A stretch of DNA of 63,977 nucleotides, the filler included, from Chiloscyllium plagiosum (lineage: Eukaryota): the NCBI RefSeq assembly GCF_004010195.1. It is 8 parts of 8 records of this genome, joined end to end, with 100 filler letters (N's around TTAATTAATTAA, not from the genome) between each part and the next. Parts side by side here need not be neighbours in the genome. Positions count along the whole stretch, not along the records: positions 27,125 to 44,794 come from NW_025213736.1; positions 44,895 to 52,425 come from NW_025211140.1; 6 more parts are not named here. The stretch is one strand, 5' to 3'. The notes under the pieces were generated by a model. The model was given only the letters and a program-made list of their open reading frames with translations. It searched no databases and was not told the DNA's origin. This document shows, one piece after another, positions 35,097 to 48,066 of this stretch (positions are counted from its first letter, which is position 1; each line of letters starts with the position of its first letter). Both the position numbers and the translations under genes were made by a program.

Positions 35097-37366
35097 TCTG
35101 ATAAATTGTGGGAAACGGTTCTGCTAAGATCTTTCGAAACAGAGCCGACCCAGGAGTGTTGAATTACGGTCCAGTGCCAAAGGTTTATATGGCCATCGGA
35201 AGGGGCAGGCTTACAGCTTCCGCATGTTGGATTCCTGCTGGAGGCTGAGACTGGATCCTGGTATCAGCTTGCATAGCCCGAACACATGGGATCATGTATT
35301 TACATGAGCTTTTGCTTAAACATGGACACATACACATCTTGGGATATTTCTTTTGCTGAATAGCTTCTTTGGAAGTAAATCTAAGTAGCTTCAGGTCTGT
35401 TTCACATGATAGTTGCATGTATTTTGTTTAAAAAAAACAAATTCAACTGGAAGTTAGCTCCCTTTATTTCTACATTCATTCACAAGCAGATAAAACTAAA
35501 ATGAAAGTTCAAACATATTACTAGCTAATAAAACAGTTGAGCTTTTCTTCTCTGGATATTGCAAGTCTCTGTCGCACTACAAAATAACATGTAATTCATA
35601 TGAACCATTTCAAAATTCAATTTAGTCAACTGAATACAGAGCGTGTCCAAAGTGATTATATTTAGAATATTCAATTAGAAATTAACTCCCTGTAATCCTA
35701 CATTCCACCACAAGCAGATAAAGCTAAAAAGAACTTCAATAATATTATTAGCCAACAAAATGAATGTCTTTATTTTTGCTGTCACTCAAAGTCTCTCTCT
35801 CATTACAAAATAACATATCATTTCTAATCTGCGTTTCTAAATTCAGTTTAGGCAACCTAATATGGAGCAAATCTAAAGTGATTATGTTCAGAATGTGAGT
35901 GTATGTCACTAAACAGTTTGGACCCGGAGATTAGAAGCACCTCCTTACATTGCAGGATGTCTCTCTTTGCATCTTTTTTTTCAAATTGCTCCGACACTAA
36001 AATGCACAGTAAAGGAAAGTTGTGTGCTTGAGAAACAAAATGTGAGTCCGCAGTGATACATAACACCGAGGTAAACTTTTGAAAGAGCATCTAATGAACT
36101 AGAACAAGAGAGTCCATAACTTTTTTTTTAAACCGTCAACGTCTAAACCATTGCAGGTAACTGTCTGGGTACACCAGGAATGTTTGGTTAAATTAGAGAG
36201 TATTACAGTATTAATTACCACGAATGTAGGTTATAAACAGTACATTCCTCTGCTCACTGATAGCTCTGACAGGGCAGTTAACTCATAAAAATCAGCAAAA
36301 ATTCACGGTTACACTACACCAGTATTAACCATGTATAAAGGGCCCACTCAGTTTTAATGAGATACATGAATCAGAGAATGGTGTAACAAGTGATGTGAGT
36401 ATGAAACAATTCAATTTTGTTAATTTACTTTGAGATGATAACAAATGTTACTGCAATGTGGGATTTTAGATCCATTAACTTCATATTCAGGAGCTTTAAA
36501 GATACTCAGTAAACAGGCTGAACTAACCAGAACGTCACTGAATTCAATGTTTTGTTTTCTGATAGTCATACAGTGAATGCTGTATTCAGTGACTTTCCTT
36601 TTAAAAGAAGAAATGCTAAGTGAAATGTATCCAATGTGAGTAAATGGGAAAATATAGCATGTTTCGTAGGATTTTACTTTAGTTGAGTCATTTTCCCTTT
36701 AATCGGTCAGATAGAATAGTTGGCAGCAATTAAGCTGACTGCAGAAAAGGTCCTTGAGTTCCCAGTTTCATTTACTGGAAGCAGGTGGAGTTTCTGCAGT
36801 GGTTCAAAGATATTCTGTCTCACTGTTGACCAGTTGGTGGAAAGCCAACTGCAAAACATAACCACCGCCTCCGCAGAAACAAATCGACTCAGCAACAATG
36901 CTGGAGAAAAGTTTATTTTTCAGTTATGTAACTTGGAGAACTAGTCACTCCTCTCATTGAAGGAAATATTCGCAGAGTCTCCGACACAACCTTAACATCA
37001 ACAGTTCATTCAAGGATCACTACAGCACTGTTTAATATTGAGAAAAACTGATCAATAGTCACAGAGTCATGTAGTGATACAGCATGGTTACAGACCCTTC
37101 GGTACAACCAGTCCATGCCAGTCATAATCCCAAAGTAAACTAAGCCCACCTGTGTTTACTTGGCCCATATCCATCCAAACATTTGATATTCATTTACTTA
37201 TCCAAATGTCTTCCAAAGGTTGTAAGTATCCACCGCCAGATCGTCTCACACACAAACCATTCTCTGTGTAAAAAGTTGTCTCTGACAGCCTTTTTAAAAT
37301 TTTTCTCCTCTCATTGTAAAAACATGTTCCCTATTGTTGAAATCCCTCACCATAGGGAAAATACGG

Positions 37367-39388
37367 CAATCTCTTCGTCAAAAATTGAAAACAAACCCAG
37401 CTCCCAACATTTACAAAATATCACAATGGATCTTCCTCGAGTCCAAAAAAGATTGTCCCCTTTAATCAATGATTTGTAAAATTTACTCACGTATCTACTG
37501 TGATAGACGTTTTCAAACAACTTCTGAAGTGCAAATGGTTCACATCAATCGGATTAAATTAACATTTCGTGCGCTACCCCACACACACAAAAAAACAAGT
37601 TTGTAAACATGATTTGCTCTGAGGAAGTCTACGATGGATTCTTTTATCAAACAAAATCATTTCCAATATTGTGAGCGCTCGTCTATCTTCTGTGCAATGG
37701 TCTGAATTTTAAGTTGAGTCTGACTGCAGATGAAACTGGCTGATCTGGGTAAAAATACAGTTTGTGCCTTTCACATTGTTAATGCATATTGCTGACTTTA
37801 GTTGAATAAAGAGATGTCGTCCCAGGCATCATCTGGCACCATTAATTAGACCATTAATTTCCACATCGCTAGCTGTGGGGTCAGATGGAGTTTATTGATA
37901 TGTGATATTTTTGAAACGAAAGCTTCTTACATTCCCAGTATGAATTATGTCAATTAGAGCCATTCACCTTTCCACTCATGGCTTTATAAACTTATATGAG
38001 GTCACACCCCGAACTCTCAACCTCCAGTGAGAAAAGTTCCAGTCTATCTGGATTTCCAACGGTGACTGTTCCCTCACATTCTGCTGTTTAAGATCCTCCT
38101 GCCACCCCAAGTCTACAGACAGTGTCCCTTGATACTAGTTCAAAGAAATGAAAGGAACTTGTCCCACCATATTTTTCAATTTTCTTTGGCTTCAAACACC
38201 ATAAAAAATAAATGTTCGTGTCATTGCTCATTTATGGGAGAATTACGTTTACACAATATCTGCTGAAATACCTGCAGTACCATCCTGAATCTGGTTCGCA
38301 GGTTCACCTGTTGTTCACAAAAGCAACCAGACATCAGGGAACAATAAACATCGCCCACACCCAACCCTCCACCATTCCCCTCTGTACTTTGCACTTTGTG
38401 AAATCCGTGTTGTCAATAATCAGTTAAAAGAAAGTTTTTTTTTTAAACTTTCTTGATTCATGTTGCTGATCTTGGCTGAATAAAGGTATGTTGCTGTCAG
38501 CTTTTCTGGGGAACATGTCTGCATTTTTTTCATGTCAGTTTACAATGATATTAAGTCAAGAATAGTCAAAATATCCTGAGAAACAATGTTTAGAAATGGG
38601 CCTATTAGCTCCTCTGGGATGTACCAACTGTTTGCATATTGATACAGGTCTGCCCCTACTTTTTCCCCATAAGCTAGGATTTACAGCATTGGAGATCATA
38701 TCTATGTTGATAATGGATTAGACCCTACAAAATGTTCCCGAATGTTTACAGTGCTATCACCTGCAGGGTTATGGACAACATGCTATAAAGTGGGTGTTCG
38801 CTGGAAGGCTCTGTCTTCACGTGATACAGGTGCGATGGGGAAGTGATCTCTCTCTGTCGTGAACACTACTCGAAGTTCATCTTTCCTACTTTGTCTCGTT
38901 CAGAGACTCTAATTCACATGATTCATACCGAAAATATTCCAAGCATTCATTTCAATGAGATCAATACACTCCACGTGATAGTCTGGCTAGTGATGTGGAA
39001 ATCAATGGTCTAATTAATGGTGCCAGACGATGCCTGGGACAACATCACTTTATTCAACTAAAGTCAGCAATATACATTAACAATGTGAAAGGCACAAACT
39101 GTACTTTTACCCAGATCAGCCAGTTTCATCTGCAGTCAGACACAAAATTCAGACAATTGCACAGAAGATAGACGAACCCTCACAACATTGGAAATGATTT
39201 TGTTTGATAAAACAGTCCATCATAGGCACTTCAAGTTATTTGAAAACGTCCTTCACAACAGATATGTGAGTAAATTTTAGAAATCATTGATCAAAGGGAC
39301 AATTTTTTTTGGATTCAAGGAAGATCCAGAGTGATATTTTGTAAATGTTTGGAGCTGTGATTGCTTTAAATTATTAACTAAGATATTG
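37367..39388. repeat. Long inverted repeat (arms 37367-37873 and 38986-39388)
   Basis: For example TCTGACTGCAGATGAAACTGGCTGATCTGGGTAAAA versus TTTTACCCAGATCAGCCAGTTTCATCTGCAGTCAGA; the right arm lacks ~100 bp present in the left arm. Confidence 0.9.
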
Positions 39389-39914
39389 ACACACAGTGCA
39401 CAACTTCACAATTTGCTGCAAATGAAACCATTGTGAATCATCGCCTGATGGTTCAGAATTTAACAAGGACCTAGCAAGGTTCGTGAATGGACCAACGAAT
39501 GATTCATGAAATTTAACAAAAGCATTTCTGAAATGATTAATTTAGAAAGGAAGATTGTAGAGACACAAATTCACATCTCTGTTTGCATTTCAATATAATA
39601 TAAATTACTTTTCTATTATATCCTCAAATACTTGTGTGTTTGTTCATATTTAATACTCTATCTTGTTCCAGTGTTAAGATAGTTTCTTTATTTATTTCAC
39701 TCAAGACTGTATACGTATTTTTGCCTCAGTATTGACCAAACTCGGATTGGTGCCAGCTTATATCACTTGAGCTGCTTTTTCAGGAAGTGAATCTCTCCAC
39801 CTGTTATGTCAAAATAATCTGTTCATGCTTAGATCAAAATAAATCCTGTTAATATCATCCCAAATTCAGGCTCGGTTATTTTGTATTTATTCATTGGAAA
39901 TGAACAGAATTTTA

Positions 39915-41000
39915 CCGGCCTGTTCTTGGTGGAGTGGGAGAGGGAGTTAAAGTGGTCAGCCACGGGTTCGTGGGGTTGGTTGGCACTGGTGTCCCAGAGA
40001 TGTTCTCTGAAATGATCCGCAAGTTAGTGTCCTGTCTCTCTGATGTAGAGGAGACCACATCAGGTGGAACAGACACGATGGATGACATTTGTGGAAGTAT
40101 AGATAAATTTCTCTGGGATGTGGTAGGATCATTTGGGGCCTTGTCGGAGGTGAGGGGGGAGGTGTGGGCTGGTGAAGGGGCATGGGCCTGACGAGGGAGT
40201 CGCGGAGGGAATGGTGTCTCCGGAATGCAGATAGGGGTAGGGAGGGAAATATACCCCGAGTGATGTGTTCTGTTTACAGGTGGTGGAAGCAGCGGAGGAT
40301 GATATGATGTATGCGAGGTTGGTGCGGTGGAAGATGAGGACCAGGAGGGCTCCCTGTTGCGATTAGAGGGATGGGGTTCAAGGGCATCGTCGACCACAAG
40401 GAAGGGGAAATTGCAGTCTTTGAAAAAGGAGGTTATCTGGGATGTTTTATGGTGGAACTGGTCCTCCTGGGAGCAGGTGCGGTGGAGGCAGAGGAATTGA
40501 CAATAAGGGATGGCATTTTTACAGGAGGTCAGGTGGGAGGAGTGTAGCCCAGGTAGCTGTGGGAGTCAGTTGGCTTGCAGTTAATGTTTAGTCGGTCACT
40601 GGAGATAGAGGTGGAGAGGTCTAGGAAAGGGAGGGAAGTGTCCGAGATGGTCCCTGTGAAGTTTAGGTCAGGGTTGAAGGTTTTAGTAAACTTGATGAAC
40701 TGTTCAACCTCCAAGTGGTAGCAAGAGGTGGCGTTGATACAGTCATCAATGTATCGGTGGTAAAGGTGGGCAATGGTACCAGTGTAGCTGTGGAATATTG
40801 ACTGTTCCACATATCTGACGAAGAGGCAGGCATAGCTGGGGTCCATACAGGTGTCCATGGCTACCCCTTTGGTTTGGAGGAAGTGGGTGGATTGAAAGGA
40901 AATGGAGTTGAGGTTGAGCATGTACTATTTGGGTTGGCGTGACAGGAAGAAACGGAGGGCTTCGAGGCCGACATCATGGCGTTTGGATGTGTACAGGGCC
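39915..41000 (-). mobile_element. Degenerate Penelope-like element (RT and GIY-YIG remnants)
   Basis: HFLQTKGVAM.T.M.PSYACLF..YVE...RYIDDC...LPFLDL...KPTDSHSYL; frameshifted endonuclease region toward 39915. Confidence 0.85.
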
Positions 41001-42799
41001 TGGACATTCTGTTCATTCTGGGGCTTATCAATAGCTTGCAGTTATTATGGAACTGCAAGGGCAATGGCTGGAAACTCGGAGAAACCAATGTTTAAGTCCT
41101 CTGCTTGAAGGGAAATTTTGACCAGAACATTTAAACACCACAAAGCTCACTGCAGGAAATGCCAGGGCTGCAACTTTTGATAATATTTGAAACTTTGTTA
41201 AAAATAGAGATTTTTAGTCATAGTTTCTGAAATAATCAAGAAAATAATTAACCGTTAGAACAAGCTCTTTCAAAGAGAGAGGATTTGCAAGGTTTGAAAC
41301 CACACAGTGCAGTGGTTTATTTGAATTCAATCTCGGTCAGAGTTAGATACAGCCAAGGTGATCTCTCCATATATTGATTCTGTTAATCTGACACACCAAC
41401 ATACCTGTCTGTATTATTTGTTTAGTTGATCAAAATTTAGGAAACAGATCAAACAGAATGTATTCGGCTGGGAAGGTGATGGATACAGAAGACAGAATCA
41501 AAAACTGGGAATATTAATTCTGAAGAGAGAGTAACAAGTAGTACAAGATCAAAGACATGACAAGGCGCAAGTCGATATATCCCAGACGTTAGTGAATCGA
41601 ATGAGCTTGTTAGATGGTCGAGAGACTCGTCCAATGACGTCCTGGAATCAGACCGTGAAACAGAGATCGAAAGGTCGATTTGCAAATGTCACTTCAATGT
41701 AATCGCTTCACACTCTGTGTCCTGATATAGGCCACATTGGCAGATGTTTCCGCCAGATTGCATCCCCTGAGTTTATTTTCTGATCAGAAGTGAGATGTGT
41801 GGCTTGCTGCTGGCACATAGAAACCGGACGTTGCGCGCCAGCTGAGAATGATAATACTTTCCGTATTATCAGCACAAACAGTCTTCCTACCTCTGAGGGT
41901 GAACATACACTGACAGTGTCAAGAACGAACGGGCAGATTGTTGTTGGTCTCAACATTGTATTCAATTCCATTCCCATTTTCCAGAATGAAACAGAAGAGA
42001 CACAAGATTATTTCAGCTAGAGTAAATTATCTGTCAGAGAGATAATAGCTATCATCGGGTGAAAGGAGCTAAATGACAATATGTAGTTTCGCTCATAAAC
42101 CTATGTTTAAAAATAGAAAGCTTGAGGGAAGCTAATAAATCAGCATTCATTAAAAGTTGGAATTGTAAGGTTTCAGCAATAAAATTCAGCATGGCTTTGG
42201 TGGAAGTGGTTGATTCTGTTTTCCGGAGAGGCAATGAGATGTGACATCGGGTGTAAAAAGTGGATGTAATCCTTCTTGCATTCAATAAAGATTTTGACCA
42301 GATCTTGCGTCTTCAATATGGTAAGGGTTCATGGGATCTGGTGCAGTTTGGCAAATGCATGGAAGGTTTATTTGTTGGCAGAAGGTAATGGTCGAAGGCA
42401 GTCATTGTGAAGACAGCTTGTGTCCAGTGGCTTACTATATGATTTGGTGCTGGATCATTTGCTGTTTGCAGCGTATATGAAAGATCTAGTCAAGAATGTA
42501 GCAATTTTGATCAATAAGTTCAAAGATGAGGTGAAAAATGTTTGCTTTTACAATTAATGAAGAAAAATCCAGTGTGACATCAATGGCCTTGCCTGTCGGA
42601 GAGAAGAATTGAAAACAGAACATTATAACCTAAAGTCTGTGAAGTAAAGCATTTTCGAGACTAACAATTGAAGCGAATATACCATGCATTGTTGGGATCG
42701 ACACAATACAAAGGATAAGCGATCTTCTGTTGTGAACATCCACATCATGGAGTGCGGGTTGGACTTATCGTCTGGAGATATTGTGACTAGACCATTAAT

Positions 42800-44350
42800 T
42801 CAGGAAACAGGGGTCTGAGCCCGCAGTGCTGCCACATCGAGTTGTGAATTAAAGTTGATAATTAAACAACTCATTGAAGGAATAAGCTCCACAGATATTC
42901 CCTTGCTCTGCTTTGGAGAGCACAACACATCAGCGCAAACGTTAAGGCTGAAGCATTCACAGCAATCTTCAGCCAGAAGTGCCAATTGTCTGATCCATCT
43001 CGGCATCTTCCATAGATCACCAATATCACAGATACCTGTCAGCAGGGAATTCGCTTCTCTCCATGTGAAATCAAGGCACTGTTGGGTGGGGTGGGGGGGG
43101 GGGGGGGGGTGAGGGCGGGGGCGCAGGGGTTACTGGAAATGCTATGGAGCCTGACAAAATTCTAGCAATAATTCTGATGACTTGTGCTCGCCAAGCTCTC
43201 CCGGTACAGCTAAAACACTGGCATGGACAATGTGGAAAATAGGCCAGGCACGTCCTGTGCACAGAAAATAGGTCAAACCACCCTGGCGAATTACTGCCCC
43301 ATCAGTCCATGCTCAATCATGAGTTAGATGTAGGAAGATGATATCGTGACATAAAATGTGGGTTACGCAAGGCCTACTCAGCTCATGTCTGAATTACAGA
43401 CTTGATTTAAACATGGACAGAACTGAATTCCAGAAATGAGGGGAGAGTGACAGCCCTTCACATTAAGGTCACATTCGACAGACTGTGATATTACGGAGTC
43501 GTAACAAAACTGGATTCAATGGGTAGTAGGCGGCAAACTACCTGCTGCCTGCAGTCATATCTCACACATTGGAAGATGGCTCTGCTTGTTAGAGGGCAGT
43601 CGTCTCAGCCAAAGCAAATCTCTGTTGGAGTTCCGAAAGAAAGTGTCCTTGGCCGAATCATGTTCAGCTGCTTCAGCAATGACCTTCCCTCCATCAGAAG
43701 ATCAGAAGTGAAATCTGCATTAATCTAGCACTTTTTTGTGACTCCTCAGTCCACATTCAAACGCAACAAAATCTGGACAATATCCCGACTTGAGCTGACA
43801 AGAGGCACATAGCATTCACACCACAAAACTGCGAGACAATGACCATTGGCACTAAGAGACAATCTAACCAAAACCCCTTGATATTCAATAGTGTTACCAT
43901 CACTGAATCCCTCACCATCGACACCCTGGGTTTTATTGTTCATTAGAAATTGAGCTGGACACTCCATATAAATACAATGGTTGTACGAGCAGGCCAGAGG
44001 CTAGGAATACGACAGCGAGTAACTCACCCTCCTGACTCGCAAAGCCAATTGACTGTCAAAGAGACAGAAGTCAGGAGGCTAATAGCACAGCTCACCCCTT
44101 GACTGGATAGGCGCAGCTTCAACTGCACTCAAGAAGCTTGGCATTGTCCAGGACAAAAAAATCCCACTTGATCAGTAGCACATCCACAAGCGTCCATTGC
44201 CTCCAAATCTGATTCTTAGTACCTGCCATATGCACTATTTAAAATACAACACTGCAGTAACTTAGCCATTTCCTCAGACAGTACCTTCCCACTACCACTT
44301 GCATCTCGAAGGACAGGAGCAACAGATACATGGGAACAGCACCACTGTAA
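42800..44350 (+). mobile_element. Degenerate non-LTR retrotransposon RT region (CR1/L2 group)
   Basis: QSYL...VGVPKESVLGRIMFSCFSNDLP resembles the GVPQGSVLGP motif; NYCPIS upstream. Boundaries approximate. Confidence 0.7.
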
Positions 44351-44894
44351 GCTCCTCTCGAAAACACTGGCATCTTGACATGGAAATATTCATGGATCCT
44401 TTACTGTAATTGGGTCAAGATCTGGAATTCCCTTCCTCAGGCCACTTTGGAACATGTTACTTCAGAAAGGCAGCTTACTGCCATCTGCTGAAGGACATCT
44501 ACGGACAACTAAAAGCAACCACCATGTTCCACGAGTCAATAAAAAAATCGTTGAAGCTAACATGACAGTTTGATAAAGTGGTTGAGGAGGCATTATGAAT
44601 ATGTAATAAGCAATCAAAAGGTTTGGAGTAAAGTTCCAGAATCAGTCCCTACCATGGTAGCTTCAATTAATAAAAGAGTATGAAATGAAAATGCTGGAAT
44701 AATGAACGATAATGGCAGACCTACCAAAGGTTTGAAGCATGTTACATGGTTCAGTCTTGTCCTTCAGAGGAGGACGTCTGACCTTCCTACCTGGNNNNNN
44801 NNNNNNNNNNNNNNNNNNNNNNNNNNNNNNNNNNNNNNTTAATTAATTAANNNNNNNNNNNNNNNNNNNNNNNNNNNNNNNNNNNNNNNNNNNN

Positions 44895-47020
44895 GTCGAC
44901 CCAGTGGGTAAAACACCAATGGTGGAGCACTTTGCAGACAGTGATCGTAAATCAGTTGGATTTCAGATTGTACTGCAAAGGAATAGAAATTGGCCCAAAG
45001 TTCTGAAAAGGGGAAGGACAATTTTAGTAAGATCAGGTAATGACTTGACCAGAGTGGACTGGAAGCTGACACTTATTGGTAAATCTGAGTCAGAGCAGTG
45101 TGACACATTTAAGAAAGAGATAGGAAAATCACAGGGAGGTCATTTCCCAGGAAGCCACTGCGTGGTACCAAGAATGCAGCGGGCTCTGGACACCAAAGGG
45201 CATGGAGGGTGAGATAAAGAGAAACAAGGGAGGCTTCCGGTCTACACTGAAATCTCAAAACAATAGAAATTAGTATGGAGTACAAGGGGGAGTTTGAAAG
45301 ACAAAGGAATGAGAAGAGCAAAAGGGACCATGAGAAAATAATAGGAGTCAAAATAAAGGAAAATATTTTTAAAAGTTACAGGCTCATTCATAATAAAAGA
45401 ATTATTCGGGAAACATTAAGTGTTATTACTGGAGTGGAGCCGAAGCATTGGGTTGTGGTCAAAACGAATGTGTGGTGTCAGTGTTCACTAGTAAGACGGA
45501 CAATGTGGGGACCGAAATCATGGAGACGTGTTGTGATGTAGGTTTCAGAATTTCGGACACATGACGTGATGTTCTGTTTTGTCTTGCTGAATGAAAAGTG
45601 GTTATATTTCCAGGGCAGATGAAAAGTATACCAAGCGGTTGAGCGATGCAAAGGATGAAATGGTTGGGTTTCTGACAATAATTTAGAATTCCTGTCTGGC
45701 CACAGCAGTTGTGCCAAGTGAGTGTAGATCAGCCAACATTGCACTGTTATGCAGAACGAAGGAAGGGATAAATAATGAAAACACAGATCTGTCAAGCTAG
45801 TCTCAGTGGTAGGGAAACTATTGAGAAGTGAAATTAGTCTTCATTTGGAAGATAAATCTACAATTTTCACCACGGTTTTATTGAGAGGAAGTCATGTGTA
45901 ACAATTTGATAGCAGTTTTCAGAGAGATAACTCGATGTCCAGATGATAGCAATAATCAGAGCCAATGGGATCCGAGTTAATTTGACAGATTGGATCTAGA
46001 ACTGGCTGAGTGGTGGGAGCAGGGGATAACAGTCATCGGGTGTCTGCGTGACTGGAAATCTATGTCTCCTGGTGTTCTGTAGGGATTGGTGTTGATTTCC
46101 TTGCTATTTCTCTTACAGACCAATGATTGAGACTCAAATTTAGGAGGATTAACCAGTGAATTCACAGATGAAATGAAAACTGTCGTGTGGGTAAGTCATG
46201 AGCATAATGGCTTTAGAATGCAGGAGGATATAAAAGGGTTGGTTGTTTGTGAAGAGAAGTTGCAAATGGAAATTATTCTGGATAAATGTAAGGTGATGTA
46301 ATTCGGCAGACGAATCTGTGAGGTATGACATTTTGAATGGTGGAACCCTGGAAAGGACTGAGGATCTTTGGTGTACGTACCCAAACATCCCCGATAGTAC
46401 TATGTTGTCTGAATAAAGAGGCTAAGAAGGTGTGAGGATATTTGCTTTTATTATCCGAGACATTGTCAATGAAGAGTAGGGAGATGATACTGGAACTTAA
46501 TAGAACACTGCTTAGGCCATACTGAAGCATTGTGTGCATGTTATCGAAGGAATGTGATTACACTGAAGGCAGTATTGATGAGATTTGCCAGGATCTTGCC
46601 TGGGTTGGAGGGTTTTAGTTATGAAACTAAATTAGATAGACAGGGGTTTTCCTTGGAGCAGAGGAAAATTAGGGAGAAGATCATCATGATATCTAGAATT
46701 ATTTTAGGCATAGACAGGGTAAACTGGATGAAACCTTTCCCCTTAATGGAGAGATCAATGCCTAAGGGGCACAGGGTGAAGGTAAGGCAAGGAGGTTCCA
46801 AGTGGATCTCAAGGGAAAACAAAATCAAACAGAGGGTGGTCTTAGCCTGTAGCCCCTCGTAATAAGTATGAAGTATTGAGATGCATCCTTGCAAAGGCAA
46901 GTCATACAAGGCAATGGGTCAAGTGCTGGCACATGAGATTGGAATAGTTCGGTGGCTGTTATTGATAGGCGTGAACTGGATGGATCAAAGGGCCTTTTTC
47001 CTGTGCTGTATAAGGTGATT
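44895..47020 (+). mobile_element. Old, degenerate CR1 LINE ORF2
   Basis: DLTRVDW, SVKLVSVVGKL and RFARILPGLEGFSYETKLDR fragments with many stops. Boundaries approximate. Confidence 0.75.
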
Positions 47021-47099
47021 CTGTGAAAACGGTTATAAATAATGCCTTCTTCATATTAATCCCAGATGCTCTGTTTATCTCAGTTCCAACAACACGTAC

Positions 47100-47405
47100 C
47101 TGGACATGGCATTTCTTTTCTCTTGTGTGACCCGCTGTGTTGAACCTCACAGGAGATTTTGCTGGGGCAACCTACCGCTGACTCGGGCAAGGTTAACTGG
47201 CTGCTCAGTTTGTAGGTTCCCTTCTTGTTTCTCACTGATGGGTAAGTCTTTAATCCAGTCGTGATTAGCTCCCCACCTTTCTTCCAGATTACCTTGGTGA
47301 CGTCAGGGGAATAGTCTATCGCCAAACAACCAAAGATCACAGAACCGGTGTTGTGCTCCTGACAGGAGGAGACCAGGCCATAAAGCGTGGGAGGAGATGG
47401 TGTCT
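47100..47405 (-). CDS. IGHM: IgM heavy chain C-mu-1 exon
   Basis: 306-nt phase-1 exon, ctattgcag|AGACACC...CCAG|gtacgt; [42 protein letters not shown]...[17 protein letters not shown]...CEVQHSGS...MPCP. Confidence 0.93.
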
Positions 47406-47754
47406 CTGCAATAGAATGACCAATTGAGCATGTTAGGTTCTGTTCATTTGACCTTATCAGTTACTCAAATGTATCCTCAGCTGTAAACGTTTGCCAGTAT
47501 GCTCCCGCTGATGTCGACAGCATAACTGGAGTTTGTTTTTGTTTCCTACCAGTTGCTGATCATGATCATTGGTTCCCTCTTTAGAAACATGCCCTCGACC
47601 TTGACCATTGCCATGTAATTTAGAAAGAAGAACATCCTGATCCCACCCCAGTAACTGTTTGAAGATCTCACCAACTGACACTTTCACTGGATTGCTGTGA
47701 AGAGCAGAGAAGTTTCACAAACTACAAACCAAGGAAATGCAGATTCATCGAAAT

Positions 47755-48066
47755 TCTACAGTGTGTGCAAACAGGCCATTTGGCCCAACAAGTCCACACC
47801 CATCCTCTGAAAAGTAACGCATCGAGACCCATTCCCCTACCCTATTATATACAGTAAACCCTGACTAATGCACCTAACCTCCCAATCACTGAACACAACA
47901 TTTGCAATTCTCCCAGCTTGCACATCTTTGGACTGTGGGAGGAAACGCACACAGACATGGGGAGAAGGTGCCAACTTCACACAGAGAGACACCCGAGGCT
48001 GGAATGGAACCCGAGTCCCTAGCACGGTGAGGCAGCAGCACTAACCACGGAACCAGCGTGCTGCCC
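47755..48066 (-). mobile_element. HE1/V-SINE
   Basis: Minus-strand GTGGTTAGTGCTGCTGCCTCAC head and CCCACAGTCCAAAGATGTGC core. Confidence 0.8.
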
